Part shown: in pieces, positions 26,960 to 34,736 of the stretch
Layout: every line of letters begins with the position of its first letter
Position numbering within the stretch: position 1 is the first letter of the stretch
DNA from: an uncultured Clostridia bacterium
GTDB lineage: Bacteria > Bacillota > Clostridia > Christensenellales > UBA1242
Direction of reading: 5' to 3'
DNA: 52,531 nt
Assembly (NCBI GenBank): GCA_947054085.1
Contig: CAMRVD010000002.1
Coordinates: 1-52,531 of the forward strand
Program-made: the position numbers and the translations under genes
The notes under the pieces: model-generated
Database searches by the model: none
Seen by the model: only the letters and a program-made list of their open reading frames with translations
Told to the model about the DNA's origin: nothing

Positions 26960-29134
26960 ATGAAAATTATAAAAAGAAATGGTCAGGAAGTGATTTTTAA
27001 TAGCGATAAAATATATAATGCTATAGTTAAAGCTAATTTAAAGGTATCAGACAGAGAAAGAATTGCCGATGACCAAATTAAAGAAATTACTGACAAAGTA
27101 AGTTTGGCGTGCAAGAAGAAAAACAGAGCTGTAAGTGTAGAAGAGGTTCAGGATTTAGTAGAAAACGAACTTATGTTGGTTGGAAGTCCTTCCCTTGCTA
27201 GAGAATATATAACTTATAGATATCATAGAGCACTTGCTCGTAAATCTAATACAACAGACGAGCAGATTTTAGGGCTTATAGAGTGTAAAAACGAAGAAGT
27301 TAAGCAAGAAAATTCTAACAAAAACCCAACGGTAAGTAGTGTTCAACGAGACTATATGGCGGGCGAAATTAGCAAGGATTTAACGCGTAGGTTTTTGCTA
27401 CCAGAAGATGTTATAAAGGCTCATGACGAGGGCATTATTCATTTTCATGATACCGACTACTTTGCTCAGCATATGCATAACTGCGATCTTGTAAACCTAG
27501 AGGATATGCTTCAAAATGGCACTGTTATAAGCGGCACTATGATAGAAAAGCCTCATAAATTTTTGACTGCATGCAATATTGCAACGCAAATTATAGCACA
27601 AGTTGCATCAGCTCAGTATGGCGGGCAAAGCATAAGCTTAACTCACCTTGCTCCGTTTGTTAATGATAGTCGTAAAAAAATTCGCGAAGAAGTAGAAGCC
27701 GAATTTAAAGACGCGGGTGTACAAGTAGACGAAAAAGTCCTTACTAATATTGTAGAAAAACGCTTAAGAAAAGAAATTAAAAGTGGCGTGCAGACCATTC
27801 AGTATCAAGTGGTAACTTTAATGACAACTAACGGTCAAGCACCATTTATAACCGTGTTTATGTACCTTGGCGAGGCTAAAAACGAGCAGGAAAAAGCTGA
27901 CCTTGCAATAATTATAGAAGAAACTTTAAAACAACGCTACGAGGGCGTTAAAAACGAAGAGGGCGTATGGATAACTCCGGCCTTCCCTAAGCTTATATAT
28001 GTACTAGAAGAGCAAAACATTCATAAAGATAGCCCTTACTACTACCTTACTAAACTTGCTGCCGAATGCAGTGCAAAACGTATGGTTCCAGACTATATTT
28101 CCGAAAAGAAGATGCTAGAATACAAGGTAGATAAAAACGGCGAAGGTCATTGCTATACTTGCATGGGTTGTCGCAGTTTTTTAACACCTTATGTAGACGA
28201 AAATGGCAAGCCTAAATACTACGGCAGATTTAATCAAGGCGTGGTAACTATTAATCTTCCAGATGTTGCCCTTTCTAGTGGTGGCGACATGGATAAATTC
28301 TGGAAAATCTTTAACGAGAGATTAGATCTTTGCTACCGAGCTTTAATGTGCAGACATAATCGCTTAAAGGGTACGGTTAGTGATGTTGCACCTATCCTTT
28401 GGCAATACGGAGCACTTGCAAGGCTTAAAAAAGGCGAAACCATAGATAAACTGCTATATGGCGGATACTCTACAATATCTCTTGGTTATGCGGGGCTTTA
28501 CGAATGCGTAAAATACATGACTGGCTATTCGCATACCGACGACAAAGCCAAAGACTTTGCACTAAAGGTTATGCAGCACATGAACGACCGTTGCAAAGAG
28601 TGGAAGGAAAAAGAAAATATCGATTTTTCGCTTTATGGAACTCCGCTAGAAAGCACAACATATAAGTTTGCAAAGGCTCTTCAACGCCGCTTTGGAATTA
28701 TAGAGGGCATCAACGATAAAAGCTATATAACTAACAGTTACCATGTTCATGTGTCGGAGCCTATCGACGCCTTTACTAAACTTAAGTTCGAAAGTGAGTT
28801 TCAGCGTTTAAGCCCAGGCGGAGCAATAAGTTATGTAGAAGTACCAGACATGAAGTCTAACATAGACGCAGTTCTTAGTTTACTCAACTATATTTACGAC
28901 AACATTATGTACGCAGAAATCAATACAAAAAGCGACTTCTGCCAAGTTTGCGGCTACGACGGCGAAATCCAGATTGTCGAAGACGACGGCAAACTTGTTT
29001 GGGAATGCCCACATTGTAAAAACCGTGACCAAGCTAAAATGAATGTAGCTAGGCGTACTTGCGGCTATATTGGCACTCAGTTTTGGAATCAGGGGAGGAC
29101 TCAAGAGATACGCGACCGCGTCCTACATTTGTAG
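26960..29134 (+). CDS. nrdD: anaerobic ribonucleoside-triphosphate reductase
   Basis: ATP-cone N-terminus, C-terminal Zn-ribbon cysteines (CQVCG...CPHC) and glycyl-radical motif RRTCGYIG. Confidence 0.97.
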   Translation: MKIIKRNGQEVIFNSDKIYNAIVKANLKVSDRERIADDQIKEITDKVSLACKKKNRAVSVEEVQDLVENELMLVGSPSLAREYITYRYHRALARKSNTTDEQILGLIECKNEEVKQENSNKNPTVSSVQRDYMAGEISKDLTRRFLLPEDVIKAHDEGIIHFHDTDYFAQHMHNCDLVNLEDMLQNGTVISGTMIEKPHKFLTACNIATQIIAQVASAQYGGQSISLTHLAPFVNDSRKKIREEVEAEFKDAGVQVDEKVLTNIVEKRLRKEIKSGVQTIQYQVVTLMTTNGQAPFITVFMYLGEAKNEQEKADLAIIIEETLKQRYEGVKNEEGVWITPAFPKLIYVLEEQNIHKDSPYYYLTKLAAECSAKRMVPDYISEKKMLEYKVDKNGEGHCYTCMGCRSFLTPYVDENGKPKYYGRFNQGVVTINLPDVALSSGGDMDKFWKIFNERLDLCYRALMCRHNRLKGTVSDVAPILWQYGALARLKKGETIDKLLYGGYSTISLGYAGLYECVKYMTGYSHTDDKAKDFALKVMQHMNDRCKEWKEKENIDFSLYGTPLESTTYKFAKALQRRFGIIEGINDKSYITNSYHVHVSEPIDAFTKLKFESEFQRLSPGGAISYVEVPDMKSNIDAVLSLLNYIYDNIMYAEINTKSDFCQVCGYDGEIQIVEDDGKLVWECPHCKNRDQAKMNVARRTCGYIGTQFWNQGRTQEIRDRVLHL

Positions 29135-29256
29135 ACGGCAACACTTAACGCAACTTTTCGCTTACTAATGCTTTGCCCACACTTGTCATTTACGCATAAG
29201 TAAACTCCGCGCGTGGGCAAACATAGAGCACTTAATTTGCATCAATTCTTGCCGCC
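29135..29256 (+). repeat. hairpin-repeat family 1, full unit a (122 nt)
   Basis: Starts right after the nrdD TAG. The ends ACGGCAA.../...TTGCCGC pair, as does the inner stem TTTGCCCAC/GTGGGCAAA. The apex is GTCATTTACGCATAAGTAAACTCC (29185-29208). Confidence 0.7.
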
Positions 29257-29259
29257 TAC

Positions 29260-29380
29260 GGGCAAGCGACATTTGGCTTTATGTAGCAGATTTTGCTTTT
29301 GCCAACTAGTCACTTACGCAATTGTCAAGCTCCTAGCTGGTAAAAACATCGCAACTTTGTCTAGCATCTAAATTCTGCCT
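29260..29380 (+). repeat. hairpin-repeat family 1, full unit b (121 nt)
   Basis: The inner stem is TTTTGCCAACTAG/CTAGCTGGTAAAA and the apex is GTCACTTACGCAATTGTCAAGCTCC (29309-29333). The right end reverse-complements to GGCAGAATTTAG, the same as the left end at 30097. Confidence 0.7.
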
Positions 29381-29423
29381 TTTATGGTAAGTTAATAGAT
29401 AAAATATAAAAGAGATAAATATT

Positions 29424-29544
29424 AAACGGAAAAAATTAGATGCTCCGTAAGGCTCGGCGATGCTTGAATAAAGATTTTACTAATTGTAAATGAGTTTATT
29501 AAAGCGTTGACAGAAACATAACGGGGCGCTAATTTTTTCCGTTT
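29424..29544 (+). repeat. hairpin-repeat family 1, full unit c (121 nt) with perfect 16-nt terminal inverted repeats
   Basis: AAACGGAAAAAATTAG (29424-29439) pairs with CTAATTTTTTCCGTTT (29529-29544). The apex is degenerate: TTTTACTAATTGTAAATGAG. Confidence 0.75.
29507..29535 (+). promoter_or_regulatory. candidate nrdG promoter lying inside repeat unit c
   Basis: TTGACA (29507-29512), 17-nt spacer, TAATTT (29530-29535), followed by the AAAGGAG RBS and the ATG at 29558. Confidence 0.45.
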
Positions 29545-29557
29545 AAAAGGAGATAAT

Positions 29558-30094
29558 ATGAACTACGCAACCATCAAACCCGTAGATATTGCCAATGGCG
29601 AAGGCGTTAGAGTTTCGCTTTTTGTTAGCGGTTGCAGGCATAAATGCAAAAACTGCTTTAACAGCGAAGCTTGGAGCTTTAGTTACGGCAGACCTTTTAC
29701 AACAGAAACTATAGAGCAGTTATTGGGGTTTCTTGCACCCGATTATATTACGGGGGTTACTCTTCTTGGTGGCGAGCCATTTGAGCCCGAAAATCAGCCA
29801 GAACTTGCTAAGTTTTTAGAAGAATTTAAGGCTAAGTTTCCTACAAAAGATGTTTGGTGCTACACGGGTTTTGTTTACGACAAAGAACTTTTAGGTAAAA
29901 GCCGTGCAAAAACCCCCTATACTTTAAAAATGCTTAAAAACATAGATGTGCTTGTAGACGGCAGGTTTGTAGAAAATCTAAAGGACATATCTCTTAAATT
30001 TCGTGGCAGCAGCAATCAGCGAATTATAGATGTTAAGCAAAGCTTAGATGCTGGCGAAGTGGTAGAGTATCAACTTAAAAAGAGCAGTATGTAA
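29558..30094 (+). CDS. nrdG: anaerobic ribonucleotide reductase activating protein (radical SAM)
   Basis: CRHKCKNC (CxxxCxxC) cluster motif, 178 aa, position next to nrdD. Confidence 0.95.
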   Translation: MNYATIKPVDIANGEGVRVSLFVSGCRHKCKNCFNSEAWSFSYGRPFTTETIEQLLGFLAPDYITGVTLLGGEPFEPENQPELAKFLEEFKAKFPTKDVWCYTGFVYDKELLGKSRAKTPYTLKMLKNIDVLVDGRFVENLKDISLKFRGSSNQRIIDVKQSLDAGEVVEYQLKKSSM

Positions 30095-30125
30095 ACGGCA
30101 GAATTTAAGTTATACTTCGCTTTCT
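30093..30125 (+). repeat. hairpin-repeat family 1, left terminus only, overlapping the nrdG stop
   Basis: AAACGGCAGAATTTAAGTTATACTTCGCTTTC aligns with the other left arms. The rest of the spacer is a different sequence. Confidence 0.55.
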
Positions 30126-30144
30126 TAAACGCGTTCGTCCGGTC

Positions 30145-30201
30145 GTCCTCGTGCGGTATATTACATGTGCTTGTAGCACATTAATATGTAGTCGAAGGAT
30201 C
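30145..30201 (+). repeat. short repeat family 2, copy b (interrupted by a 33-nt hairpin)
   Basis: GTCCTCGTGCGG ... AGTCGAAGGATC, split by the hairpin TATATTACATGTGCTTGTAGCACATTAATATGT. Confidence 0.45.
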
Positions 30202-30309
30202 TTTGATTTGCAAGTGATAGATTATTAGTATATAGGTTTAGATCTACGAAAAACTTGGTGTAAATTTCCTTTGTTACATTTGGTAGCGTCAAACAGAAAT
30301 ATCAATTTT

Positions 30310-30342
30310 AGCCACTTTAAAATTTTTAAAGTGGCTTTTTGC
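30310..30342 (+). terminator. intrinsic terminator of the nrdG transcript
   Basis: AGCCACTTTAAAA/TTTTAAAGTGGCT stem followed by a T-run. Confidence 0.8.
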
Positions 30343-30375
30343 TTTTAATTTAAGTAAGTTTAATAAAATTGGGTA

Positions 30376-30404
30376 TTGACAAAGTTTGCGGCTAGTTTTA
30401 AACT
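30376..30404 (+). promoter_or_regulatory. promoter with leaderless geometry for GNAT-like paralog 1
   Basis: TTGACA, 17-nt spacer, TAAACT, then only 6 nt to the ATG at 30411. No Shine-Dalgarno sequence. Confidence 0.55.
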
Positions 30405-30410
30405 AAAAAT

Positions 30411-30992
30411 ATGGAAAGCATTTTTTTATCAACAGATTTTATAAGCCGAACTCAAATAATACAATATAACAAACAGCAGTATAAAATAGTGACAAGTAAA
30501 TACGACTTAATTAAATCGCATCCATTAGTAGACGACTGCGTGCTAAGTAGCATAGAGTACAAAGTTTACAATATAGCGGGCGACGAAATTACTAAGTGTA
30601 TCGTTAAGTATATAAGATCTACAGAAGAATTTATTAACTATTGTCACGACAAAGTGTACATTGCCGAAGTTCCAAATGAGTTTATAGAGTTAGCAAGCAT
30701 AAACACAAAACAAGAGCATCAAAATAAAGGCTATGCAAGTTTGCTTATAAACTATGTTATAGGCGATTGTCTAAATTTAAGTAAATGTTTAGGTGTAAAC
30801 TTAAAGATGATAATACTTAGGCAAAATAATCCTGCAACTTATCCTCTCTATGCAAAGTTTAATGCTAAGGAAAATTGTGGTAATTTTAGATTTTATTCTT
30901 ATACGCCTCTTATTATAAATAACATTCAAAAAGTGCAAAAATACAACGCAAATATTTTAAAAAGTGATTATCAATATCAAAATCAATTGTAA
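30411..30992 (+). CDS. GNAT-like acetyltransferase-fold protein, paralog 1
   Basis: 193 aa. Has a motif-A-like QNKGYASLLINYVIGD and a C-terminal YAKFNAKEN...YTPLII. Alignable over its full length with the next two ORFs. Confidence 0.6.
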   Translation: MESIFLSTDFISRTQIIQYNKQQYKIVTSKYDLIKSHPLVDDCVLSSIEYKVYNIAGDEITKCIVKYIRSTEEFINYCHDKVYIAEVPNEFIELASINTKQEHQNKGYASLLINYVIGDCLNLSKCLGVNLKMIILRQNNPATYPLYAKFNAKENCGNFRFYSYTPLIINNIQKVQKYNANILKSDYQYQNQL

Positions 30993-31002
30993 AACTTAAA
31001 AA

Positions 31003-31033
31003 TTAAGCTGCATTAACGCAGCTTTTTATTTTT
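31003..31033 (+). terminator. intrinsic terminator after paralog 1
   Basis: AGCTGC/GCAGCT stem followed by a long T-run. Confidence 0.7.
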
Positions 31034-31038
31034 GTGTA

Positions 31039-31067
31039 TTGACAAAAAAAGTACAGCGGTGTACTAT
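31039..31067 (+). promoter_or_regulatory. promoter with leaderless geometry for GNAT-like paralog 2
   Basis: TTGACA, 17-nt spacer, TACTAT, then 6 nt to the ATG at 31074. This is the same spacing as at 30376. Confidence 0.55.
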
Positions 31068-31073
31068 TTAGTT

Positions 31074-31640
31074 ATGGAATCTATTTATTTACTGGATCAA
31101 GAAGTTGTAAAAAGGCTAACTGCAATATCTTTTAATAAAATGCGTTATAAAGTTATAACAGAAGTTTGTAAATCTGAAAATAATAACAATAAAAAAATTA
31201 TTTACAGTTTATATAAAGGTACACAAAAAAAGTCAGAAGCTATGTTTATAGAATATTTCAAAAATAAAAAACTAGATAAATCTAGTTTTGAGGATTTTTT
31301 TGTTGTGCCAAATCATTTTATAAAGCTAGTTCATATTGAAACATTTAATGCTAAAGAAAGAGGTTTGGGTTATGGTAGCCTACTATTAAATTTTGCTATA
31401 GCGGATATTAATTGTTATAGTAAAAATATAGACAAAAATCTCAGTTTGCTCTTAAATAGTTTTGGCACGGACGAAGCTATTAGTTTTTATAATAGCTTTA
31501 ATGCAAAGGTAAATAACAAAAGTGCTATTATAGGGTTAGTCCCAATGATTATAGAATATCCAAAGATAAAGCAAACGCATACTTTTAAAAAGATAACCGA
31601 AAGGTATTTTTTACTTAGCGATGCACAAAAGTCGATGTAA
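31074..31640 (+). CDS. GNAT-like acetyltransferase-fold protein, paralog 2
   Basis: Starts at MESIYLL (the track TTG start at 31032 lies in the promoter). Carries RGLGYGSLLLNFAIAD and YNSFNAKVN...VPMII. Confidence 0.6.
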   Translation: MESIYLLDQEVVKRLTAISFNKMRYKVITEVCKSENNNNKKIIYSLYKGTQKKSEAMFIEYFKNKKLDKSSFEDFFVVPNHFIKLVHIETFNAKERGLGYGSLLLNFAIADINCYSKNIDKNLSLLLNSFGTDEAISFYNSFNAKVNNKSAIIGLVPMIIEYPKIKQTHTFKKITERYFLLSDAQKSM

Positions 31641-31654
31641 ATATAAGGTATAAG

Positions 31655-32266
31655 ATGAAAAATTTAATATTTTTACAAAATAATTTTGTAAGTAGAACTA
31701 GTATAATTGTATACAATAATCAGCCATATATTATCGAAACCCAAATATTGGAACAGACAAGTTTTGGCGAAGAAAAAGAGTATAAATATACTCTTTATAA
31801 CGAAGGTAAAATGGTTAGTGTTTGTTATATTGCAACAGTAGAACTATCACCCGCAACAAAAAGTGTATATAACAATGCAGGGTTTAAATATTTACCTACA
31901 AGAGCGGTAGAACTTAGAGATATAAAAAGCATTTTTGAAAAAAAAGATATAAAGACAAACAGTAACATAACTATAGACAATAGCAAAAATGGATATGCTG
32001 CAATACTATTAAATTTTGCTATAGGAGATGTGGTTAGTTATTCGCAGGCAGTTGGCAAAAACATACCAATAATTTTTGAGCGAACAAATAGCCCTGCCAC
32101 TATAGAATTTTACCAAAAGTTTAACGCTAAGGAAAATTGCAATGGCAATAATCACAAATCGTATACTCCAATGATTATAGAAGTGCCAATGCAGATAGAT
32201 ACCTACACTAGTACCATAATGTCACAAGAATATACATATCAAGATTTAAATCTGCAAAAAGAATAA
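31655..32266 (+). CDS. GNAT-like acetyltransferase-fold protein, paralog 3
   Basis: 203 aa, 14 nt after paralog 2. Carries SKNGYAAILLNFAIGD and YQKFNAKEN...YTPMII. Confidence 0.6.
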   Translation: MKNLIFLQNNFVSRTSIIVYNNQPYIIETQILEQTSFGEEKEYKYTLYNEGKMVSVCYIATVELSPATKSVYNNAGFKYLPTRAVELRDIKSIFEKKDIKTNSNITIDNSKNGYAAILLNFAIGDVVSYSQAVGKNIPIIFERTNSPATIEFYQKFNAKENCNGNNHKSYTPMIIEVPMQIDTYTSTIMSQEYTYQDLNLQKE

Positions 32267-32293
32267 TTATTATAAACTTTATTAAAATATCAT

Positions 32294-32327
32294 AAAAAAA
32301 ACGAGCAGTTAATTGCTCGTTTTTTAT
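32294..32327. terminator. bidirectional intrinsic terminator (paralog 3 / hup convergent)
   Basis: ACGAGCA/TGCTCGT stem with flanking A8 and T5 runs. Confidence 0.8.
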
Positions 32328-32328
32328 T

Positions 32329-32601
32329 TTAGTTTAAGCTATCTTTAAAGCTTTTGCCAAATTTTAGACTAGGAGCTTTGCAAGCTTCTACTTTAACTTC
32401 TTTACCAGTTTGAGGGTTTTTGCAAACTCTTGCAGGTTTATTTTTTGCTTCAAAAGTACCAAATCCAACTAACGATACTTTGTCGTTAGCTTTCATTGCA
32501 TCAGTTACTACTTCAACAAAAGCATCGTAAAAGTCGTTAGTAGCTTTTAGGGTTGCACCGCTTTTGTCCGCGACTGCTCTTAAAAATTCATTTTTGTTCA
32601 T
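32329..32601 (-). CDS. hup: DNA-binding protein HU
   Basis: 90 aa: MNKNEFLRAVA..., GFGTFE..., NPQTGKEV beta-arm. Confidence 0.95.
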   Translation of the reverse strand: MNKNEFLRAVADKSGATLKATNDFYDAFVEVVTDAMKANDKVSLVGFGTFEAKNKPARVCKNPQTGKEVKVEACKAPSLKFGKSFKDSLN

Positions 32602-32826
32602 AATGATCCTCCACAGATTTAAAGCACTAATATGCCTTGATACATAAATAATATCATAATAATTATTGCTTAGTAAACCATTTTTAAACGTTTTTTGTTA
32701 ATTTTACCATTAAAATAACGGAATTTTATTAATCAGATATTTATTTGACAAACTTTAACAAGTAATTAACAAAATCTTACTGTTGCATCATAAAGTAAAT
32801 AAAAAGAAAATTTAGTAGGAGTGAAA

Positions 32827-33465
32827 ATGAAAGATAATTCTAATTTGCCAATAATTAAGGATAAAAAATCGGTTTTTATAGAAGATGGCTGTACATTTGG
32901 TAAGAACGTAATTATATATCCAAATAACACTATCGAAAAGGGTACGGTTATAGGTGATAATGTAACATTGCTTCCTGGTAATTTTATTAGTGGAAGTCAT
33001 GTCGGTAAAGGTGCTAAAATTTTTAATTCTGTTATTGAGAACTCTAAGGTGGGCGAAGGTTGTTTAATAGGACCTTATTCGCACCTTAGACCTAAAACAA
33101 CACTTGCTAGCAATGTAAAGATAGGTAATTTTTGTGAAATAAAAAATTCTTTTATCGGCGAGAACAGCAAGGTTAGCCATTTAGCTTATGTAGGGGATAG
33201 TGTGGTTGGTAAAAACTGCAATATTGGCTGTGGTGCTATTTTTGTAAACTACAATGGTAAAAGCAAAAGCAATATCAATATAGGAGATAACTGCTTTATT
33301 GGTAGCAATGTAAATTTAATTGCACCAGTAAGTGTTGCAAACAAAAGTTACATATGTGCAGGAACTACCCTTACAGATTCTACTAAAGAGGAAGACTTTG
33401 TAATAGGTAGAGTTAAACCAACAGTTAAGCCTAATTACTCAGCTAAGTATATTAAGGAGCGATAA
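32827..33465 (+). CDS. GlmU-like left-handed beta-helix acetyltransferase domain only (no uridylyltransferase domain)
   Basis: AGGAG lies 5 nt before the ATG at 32827. Hexapeptide repeats and SHLAYVGDSVVGKNCNIGCGAIFVNYNGKSKSNINIGDNCFIGSNVNLIAPV align with the C-terminal half of GlmU. Only ~220 bp of AT-rich non-coding DNA lies upstream. Confidence 0.8.
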   Translation: MKDNSNLPIIKDKKSVFIEDGCTFGKNVIIYPNNTIEKGTVIGDNVTLLPGNFISGSHVGKGAKIFNSVIENSKVGEGCLIGPYSHLRPKTTLASNVKIGNFCEIKNSFIGENSKVSHLAYVGDSVVGKNCNIGCGAIFVNYNGKSKSNINIGDNCFIGSNVNLIAPVSVANKSYICAGTTLTDSTKEEDFVIGRVKPTVKPNYSAKYIKER

Positions 33466-34736
33466 TGAACTATTTTGGAACAGACGGAATTAGGGGCGAG
33501 GTTTTTAAAGATTTAGACTATAATTTGGCTCTTATTTGTGGTAATGCCATAGGACGGCGTGCAAATAAAATAATAATTGGTAGAGATACTCGGCTTAGCG
33601 GTAAAATTTTATCGGAAGCTTTTTGCTTAGGAGCAAATCTAGCAGGGGCTAGCGTTGTTGACATTGGTGTTGCAACTACTCCCTGTGTAAGTTATCTTAC
33701 AAAATTACATAATTTTAGCTATGGTATAGTAATTAGTGCTAGTCATAACCCACCAAAGTATAACGGAATAAAAGTATTTAATAACCTTGGTAAAAAGTTG
33801 ACGCAATCGGACGAAGAAGCCATAGAACAAGATTTTAATAACATGATAACAAACTATGCATCGTCTGCAAAAACTACAAAATCACCAAGGCTTATTAACG
33901 ATTATATAAAATTTTTATTAAATAGCAGCACAAATTTAGCGGGCATAAATGTTTGTGTGGATTGTGCAAACGGTGCAAGCAAAAATATTGCAAAAAAAGT
34001 TTTTAAAACTCTTAATGCTAATGTTTTGTACACGGGCATTGGAAGCGGTAAAAATATTAATAAAGAATGCGGTGCAACGTTTCAAGATAACATTATAAAC
34101 TTTACAAAAAAGCATAATGCAGACATAGGCTTTGCGTTTGATGGCGATGCCGACAGAATTATAATGGTTGATAGTCTTGGAAAATTGTATTCGGGGGACA
34201 ATATACTTCTTGGTTTAAGCGAACAATTTAATGCAAAAAAAGTTGTAGGAACAACTTTTTCTAACTTAGGACTTCAAAAAACATTGGAGCAAAAAAACAT
34301 AGAGTTTATTCGTGCAGATGTTGGTGACAAATGGGTGGCTTTAAAAATGGAAGAATCTAAAGCTATAATCGGTGGCGAACAATCGGGTCATATTATATTG
34401 CCCGGCTTACCAACTGGTGACGGACTATATGTTGCATTGCAAATGTGTAATTTTTATAAAAAAAATAAAAGCTTAAAAAGCTTAGAATTTAAAGAATATC
34501 CACAAGTTATAAAAAATGTAAGCGTAAAAAATAAGCAAATAATTAACAGCAAAAACTTTACAAATGCCTTAAACAAGATAACGCTTAATTTTAACGGCAG
34601 AATAATTGTTCGCCCAAGTGGTACAGAAAATAAAATACGTGTTATGGTAGAATATCTCGACAAAGTCACCTCCGAAAATACTGCGAATAAAATAGTAGAA
34701 TTAATAAAACAGGAACAATCTTTATGTGCGGAATAG
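33465..34736 (+). CDS. glmM: phosphoglucosamine mutase
   Basis: MNYFGTDGIRG N-terminus, active-site ISASHNP and Mg motif FDGDADR. The start overlaps the upstream stop (TAATG). Confidence 0.93.
   Translation: MNYFGTDGIRGEVFKDLDYNLALICGNAIGRRANKIIIGRDTRLSGKILSEAFCLGANLAGASVVDIGVATTPCVSYLTKLHNFSYGIVISASHNPPKYNGIKVFNNLGKKLTQSDEEAIEQDFNNMITNYASSAKTTKSPRLINDYIKFLLNSSTNLAGINVCVDCANGASKNIAKKVFKTLNANVLYTGIGSGKNINKECGATFQDNIINFTKKHNADIGFAFDGDADRIIMVDSLGKLYSGDNILLGLSEQFNAKKVVGTTFSNLGLQKTLEQKNIEFIRADVGDKWVALKMEESKAIIGGEQSGHIILPGLPTGDGLYVALQMCNFYKKNKSLKSLEFKEYPQVIKNVSVKNKQIINSKNFTNALNKITLNFNGRIIVRPSGTENKIRVMVEYLDKVTSENTANKIVELIKQEQSLCAE

Noticed and set aside
29135-29544. CRISPR array or integron attC sites as an explanation for the tandem hairpin units
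   Set aside because: The units are ~122-nt imperfect palindromes with no short direct repeats separated by unique spacers, so this is not CRISPR. There are no flanking cas or intI genes and no R''/R' GTTRRRY cores. The neighbours are core housekeeping genes rather than cassettes, so these are not attC sites.
32602-32826. glmS ribozyme upstream of the hexosamine operon
   Set aside because: The leader is AT-rich and lacks the conserved GC-rich ribozyme core. glmS itself overlaps glmM, so it has no leader.
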